This document shows, in pieces, positions 59,798 through 64,000 of a stretch of 64,000 nucleotides of DNA (the first letter of the stretch is position 1; each line of letters starts with the position of its first letter). The notes beneath the pieces are model-generated. The model ran no database searches. It saw nothing but the letters and a program-made list of their open reading frames with translations, and was not told the DNA's origin. The DNA is from an uncultured Gammaproteobacteria bacterium (GTDB lineage Bacteria > Pseudomonadota > Gammaproteobacteria > Steroidobacterales > Rariloculaceae). Position numbers and translations under genes: made by a program. The stretch is taken from positions 300,732 through 364,731 of the forward strand of contig CAWJDS010000017.1 in NCBI GenBank assembly GCA_963841645.1, given 5' to 3'.

Positions 59798-59966
59798 GAT
59801 GCTCCCCCGGTCGGCGACGCGACGGTCGGCAGATGGTAGCAGATCGGTCGCGCGCGCTTGCCGGCGGCGCGTGCTCGTGCCCGACCCGACAGCCCCGATG
59901 TGCGCCGCCCCGATGACGCAACCGCGGCGCCGTGGTGCTAGGATCAATGACAACGGGAGACGTGCA

Positions 59967-60974
59967 ATGAGCGTGCGAGTGTCGACGCTGACATTGGTTG
60001 TCGTCGTAGCGACGGGTACCGTCGCGACGGCGGGGCTCGGGCGAATTCCGACTGCGAACGCCGCGGACAAGCCTTCGTTCAAGGTGCCCCGAACGACTTG
60101 GGGTGACCCCGATCTACAGGGCGTTTGGGACTACCGCACGATCACGCCGTTCGAGCGCCGAGCCGAGGTCGGCGACCGCGAGTACTACACCGACGAGGAA
60201 GTTGCGCAGCTCGAGGGCCGCGCGGCCAAGCGCCTCGACGAGGCGCCTGACACGACCGTGCAGACCGGCCTCGTGCATGCCGACTATCTCACCGACCCCG
60301 GCCGCCATGTCGACGAGTCGCGGCGCACGTCGCTGATCGTCGATCCGAAGAACGGCCATATGCCGCCGCTGACGCCGGAGGCGCAGCAGCGCCAAGAAAA
60401 GGCGAACGCGGCGCGCACGGCGGCGGGCGCTGCCGCGCCCGCGGGCGGACGCGTCGATTCGTATCACGATCGACCGCTCTACGAGCGCTGCATCACGCGC
60501 GGCCTGCCGGCGACGATCCTGCCGACGCTCTACAACAACAACATCCAGATCCAGCAATCGCCGGGCTACGTCGCGATCGTGCACGAGATGATTCATGAAA
60601 CGCGGGTCGTGCCGCTCGGCGGCTCGTTCGGCCACGTGCGGAGCTACCTCGGCGAGTCGCGCGGCCACTTCGAAGGCGACACGCTCGTGATCGAAACGCG
60701 CAACTTCAACGGCAAGGCTGGCTTTCGCGGCTCCTCCGGCGAGAACCTCGTGTTGACCGAGCGCTATACGAAGGTAGCCGCCGACAAGATCGATTTCCGG
60801 CTCACGTTCAACGACCCCACGCAGTGGACGCAGCCGTGGACCGTCGCGTATTTCATGCGGACGGGGGAAGGCGACATGTACGAGTACGCGTGCCACGAAG
60901 GCAACTACGGGCTGCGCAACATCCTCCAGGAAGCGCGCGACGCCGAGCGCGAGGCCGCGGCGGCGAAGCGCTAG
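59967..60974 (+). CDS. Secreted partner protein of DUF6152 (copy 3)
   Basis: PRTTWGDPDLQGVW, ERCITRG, LGESRGHFEGDTLVIETRNF, TERY, NDP, YEYACHEGN. Confidence 0.85.
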   Translation: MSVRVSTLTLVVVVATGTVATAGLGRIPTANAADKPSFKVPRTTWGDPDLQGVWDYRTITPFERRAEVGDREYYTDEEVAQLEGRAAKRLDEAPDTTVQTGLVHADYLTDPGRHVDESRRTSLIVDPKNGHMPPLTPEAQQRQEKANAARTAAGAAAPAGGRVDSYHDRPLYERCITRGLPATILPTLYNNNIQIQQSPGYVAIVHEMIHETRVVPLGGSFGHVRSYLGESRGHFEGDTLVIETRNFNGKAGFRGSSGENLVLTERYTKVAADKIDFRLTFNDPTQWTQPWTVAYFMRTGEGDMYEYACHEGNYGLRNILQEARDAEREAAAAKR

Positions 60975-60985
60975 GGCGACCAGCG

Positions 60986-61420
60986 ATGACACGGCAGATC
61001 GTTGCGGCATTCGGCTCGGTCGCTTTGCTGTGTGCCGGCGCGCGCCCGGTCTTGGCTCACCACTCGTTCGCCGCGGAATTCGACGCCAGCAAGCCCGTCA
61101 CCCTGCACGGCACGATCACGAAGCTCGAATGGATCAACCCGCATTCGTGGTTGCACGTCGACGTGAAGAACGACGACGGGACGACGACGGAATGGATGGT
61201 CGAGGCCGCCACGCCGAACACGCTGCTGCGACGCGGTTTCACCCGCGACACGGTGAAGGCGGGCACCGAGATCACGGTGATCGGCTATCAGGCGAAGAGC
61301 GGCGCGCACCGGGCGAACGGCCGCGACCTGATCTTGGCCGACGGCTCGCGGTTGTTCATGGGCTCGGCGGACACCGGCGCACCGGGCGACGCGGCGAAGA
61401 GCGAGCCGGCCCAGCAGTAA
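60986..61420 (+). CDS. DUF6152-family secreted protein (copy 3)
   Basis: Signal PVLA then HHSFAAEFD; WINPHSW; WMVE; PNTLLRRG. Confidence 0.88.
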   Translation: MTRQIVAAFGSVALLCAGARPVLAHHSFAAEFDASKPVTLHGTITKLEWINPHSWLHVDVKNDDGTTTEWMVEAATPNTLLRRGFTRDTVKAGTEITVIGYQAKSGAHRANGRDLILADGSRLFMGSADTGAPGDAAKSEPAQQ

Positions 61421-61421
61421 G

Positions 61422-62910
61422 TTAGCGGATCACGAACGGGTTCGGCGTGTCCGCGCCCGTCGTCTCGATCCAGACGCTCTTCTCCTGCACGAACTCGCGG
61501 ATCGCGAGCAGGCCGCTCTCGCGGCCGAAGCCCGAGCGCTTGTAGCCGCCGAACGGCGACAGCGGGCTCGAAACGCGATAGGTGTTCGTCCAGACCGTGC
61601 CGGCCTCGAGCTCGTGCGCCATCTTCAGCGCGCGGCCGATGCTCGACGTCCAGACTCCGGCCGCAAGGCCGTAGATCGAATCGTTCGCGATCGCGAGCGC
61701 TTCGTCGTCGCTATCGAACGGGATGATCGACAGCACGGGGCCGAACACTTCTTCCTGCGCGATCCGCATCTGCGGGCGTCACGCCCGTGAACACGGTCGG
61801 CTCGACGAACCAGCCGTCGCCGAGCTCCGGTCGCCGCGCTGGGCCGCCGCCGAGCACGCACTTCGCGCCTTGCTGCTTCGCGATGCTCGATGTAGCCGAG
61901 CACCTTCTCGTACTGCGGCTTCGTCGTGATCGGCCCGACCTGCGTCGTCTCCTCGAGCGGGTTGCCCATGCGCGCCGTGCGCGCGAGCGTCAGGAATCGC
62001 TCGACGAACGTCGTCGTGAATCGAGCGATGAATCAGCGCGCGCGAGCCCGCGACGCAGGTCTGGCCCGTGGCGGCGAAGATGCCGGAGACGACGCCCTTG
62101 ACCGCGTTGTCGAGGTTCGCGTCGGCGAACACGATGTTCGCGGACTTGCCGCCGAGCTCCATCGTCACGGGCTTGATGTGCTTCGCCGCGGTCTTGGTAG
62201 ACGAGCGCGCCCGTTGCGTCGCCGCCGGTGAATGCGATCTTCGCGACGTCCGGGTGGCGTCACGAGCGCGTCGCCGATCTCGTTACCGAAGCCCGTCACG
62301 ATGTTCACGACGCCGGGCGGCAGCCCGGCCTCGGCGAACAAGTCGGCCATCTCGAGCGCGGACACGGACGAGTGCTCGGAGGGCTTCCACACGAACGTGT
62401 TGCCGGCCGCGAGCGCGGGCGCCATCTTCCAGCCCGCGAGCATCAGCGGCGAGTTCCACGGCACGATCGCGGCGATCACGCCGAGCGGCTCCTCGAGCGT
62501 GAAGTTGAAGAAGCCGGGCCGGTCGATCGGGATCACGCGGCCTTCGAGCTTGTCCGCGAGGCCCGCGAAGTAGCGGAACCACTCGGGCAGATAGCGCGTT
62601 TGCGCGCGCATCTCGAGGATCAGCTTGCCGTTGTCGGTGGTCTCGATCGCAGCCGAGTTCGTCGGCGCGCGCCGCGATCAGGTCCGCGATTCTTGAGCAG
62701 CAGCTTGCCGCGCGCCGTCGCAGTCAGTCCGCGCCACTCCTTGCTCTTGAACGCCGTGCGCGCGGCCGCGACCGCGGCGTTCACATCTTCCGGCGATGCG
62801 CGCGGGATCAGCGCCCACGGCTTACCGTTGTACGGATTGAACGATTCGAACCACTCACCCGAGGCTGCGTCGACGCGCTGGCCGCCGATCAACATCTGAT
62901 ACTTGCGCAA
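61422..62910 (-). CDS. NAD(P)-dependent aldehyde dehydrogenase (about five indels)
   Basis: IVPWNSP, KPSE, MELGGKS, GQTCVAGSR, EEVFGPV, PFGGYKRSGFGRE. Confidence 0.9.
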
Positions 62911-63071
62911 GGGACGATCTCCGTGGAGTGACGCACGCGCCGATTCGCGAACGGAGTCGAACGCCGGCGGCGCGTCGCGTTGCGGCGCATCGTCACACAT
63001 TTCGCGGGGTCTAGACAGCGCGGCGCGCCGCGGGCGCACGAACCTCGCGTGCGCCGAATGCGGCGCGCGGC

Positions 63072-63518
63072 TCAATCGGGTTCGCGATTCGCGGGGCGCC
63101 AGAGTGCGGTGCCGATGAGAGTCAGCGGCCAGGCGCCGAACAGCGTGCCGAGCAGTAGCCTCGTCTGAGCGTCGCTCGCGCCCGTGTGCCAACGAGCGGC
63201 GTCCCACGGCGCACCGCCGAGCAAGATGAGCCCCGCAGCGAGCAACACGACGAGCACGGCCGCGATCGCCGCCGCGGCGCCGGTGTGCGCACGCGCCGCG
63301 AGGCCGAGCGCGAGCAGCGGCGGTCCGCCGTAGACGACGAACGCGATCGGTGCGGTCAGCACGTCGATGAGTGCGAGACCGTGCGCTTTCTCGATCGCAA
63401 TCGCACCCACGGCGAACAAGACCGCGGCGGCTGTCGCCATGGCTATCGCGGCCGCGATGAGACGCACGAGCAGCAACGTGCCGTTCACTGGCGTCTCGGG
63501 CATGGCGAGAGTCCTCAT
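63072..63518 (-). CDS. Hypothetical membrane protein (about four TMs)
   Basis: Four hydrophobic segments; fills the intergenic space. Confidence 0.55.
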   Translation of the reverse strand: MRTLAMPETPVNGTLLLVRLIAAAIAMATAAAVLFAVGAIAIEKAHGLALIDVLTAPIAFVVYGGPPLLALGLAARAHTGAAAAIAAVLVVLLAAGLILLGGAPWDAARWHTGASDAQTRLLLGTLFGAWPLTLIGTALWRPANREPD

Positions 63519-63588
63519 CGTTGTAGCCGGCGCAACGAGATGCGCCGAAGCCGCGGCCATCGTACTCAACGCCGGCCGACGACGCTCG

Positions 63589-63604
63589 TGGCACGCACAT
63601 TGCA
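63589..63604 (+). promoter_or_regulatory. Consensus sigma-54 promoter
   Basis: TGGCACG-CACA-TTGCA, 38 nt upstream of ATG 63643. Confidence 0.75.
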
Positions 63605-63642
63605 TTTGCACTCATCGAGCGTTGTTGCAAGCAGAGGAAGGT

Positions 63643-64000
63643 ATGAGTGCGGCGATTATCGATCCCATCACCCGAGTGGACATTGCTGCCGCGAGGGCGC
63701 CCGGCGCTGGTGTCGTGGGGCGCGATCTTGGCCGGCGGCGCGGCCGCGGCCGCATTGTCCCTCGTGCTGCTGATCCTCGGCACCGGCCTGGGATTCGCAA
63801 TCGTTTCACCGTGGAGCTCGCAAGGTGTGAGCGCCACGACTTTTGGAGTGTCGACGATAATTTGGATTACGTTCACGCAGCTCGCGGCCTCGGCTGTCGG
63901 CGGCTATTTGGCCGGGCGGCTGCGCTCGAAGTGGGCCGATACGGCTCGCGACGAGGTGTACTTTCGCGACACGGCCCACGGCTTCCTCGCGTGGTGCGTC
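63643..64000 (+). CDS. Conserved membrane protein, N-terminal part (indel near 63705; runs off window)
   Basis: VSWGAILAG...LSLVLLILGTGLG...SPW...GGYLAGRLR..W...DEVYFRDTAHGFLAW. Confidence 0.75.
   Translation, partial: MSAAIIDPITRVDIAAARAPGAGVVGRDLGRRRGRGRIVPRAADPRHRPGIRNRFTVELARCERHDFWSVDDNLDYVHAARGLGCRRLFGRAAALEVGRYGSRRGVLSRHGPRLPRVVR

Overview
High-GC, gene-dense bacterial chromosome segment of about 65 CDSs. Gene content looks like a soil or sediment Gammaproteobacterium (inference only). More than 20 otherwise intact genes carry single-base indels, most likely long-read assembly errors rather than true pseudogenes. No rRNA, tRNA, CRISPR array, transposase or prophage was seen. Recognisable genes include glgP, fabD, sat-cysC, DUF2849-cysI-DUF934, cimA, hemD, an MltD-like LysM transglycosylase, panE, two hsp20 genes, acvB/virJ-mprF and several secreted enzymes. 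Most interesting: (1) a monomeric mitochondrial-type PheRS paralogue with an altered Phe pocket, downstream of a Phe-Phe leader peptide and alternative RNA stems; (2) an ECF sigma / hybrid FecR-TolB_N anti-sigma / stand-alone secretin N0-N1 protein operon with no TonB-dependent transducer; (3) three DUF6152 (predicted mature N-terminal His-His) plus partner-protein pairs; (4) two palindromic elements sharing a core but with unrelated 38-bp arms; (5) a minimal stand-alone STAND/NB-ARC NTPase; (6) four sigma-54-type promoters; (7) an orphan DnaA-box cluster. All protein calls come from motif recognition by eye; no searches were run.
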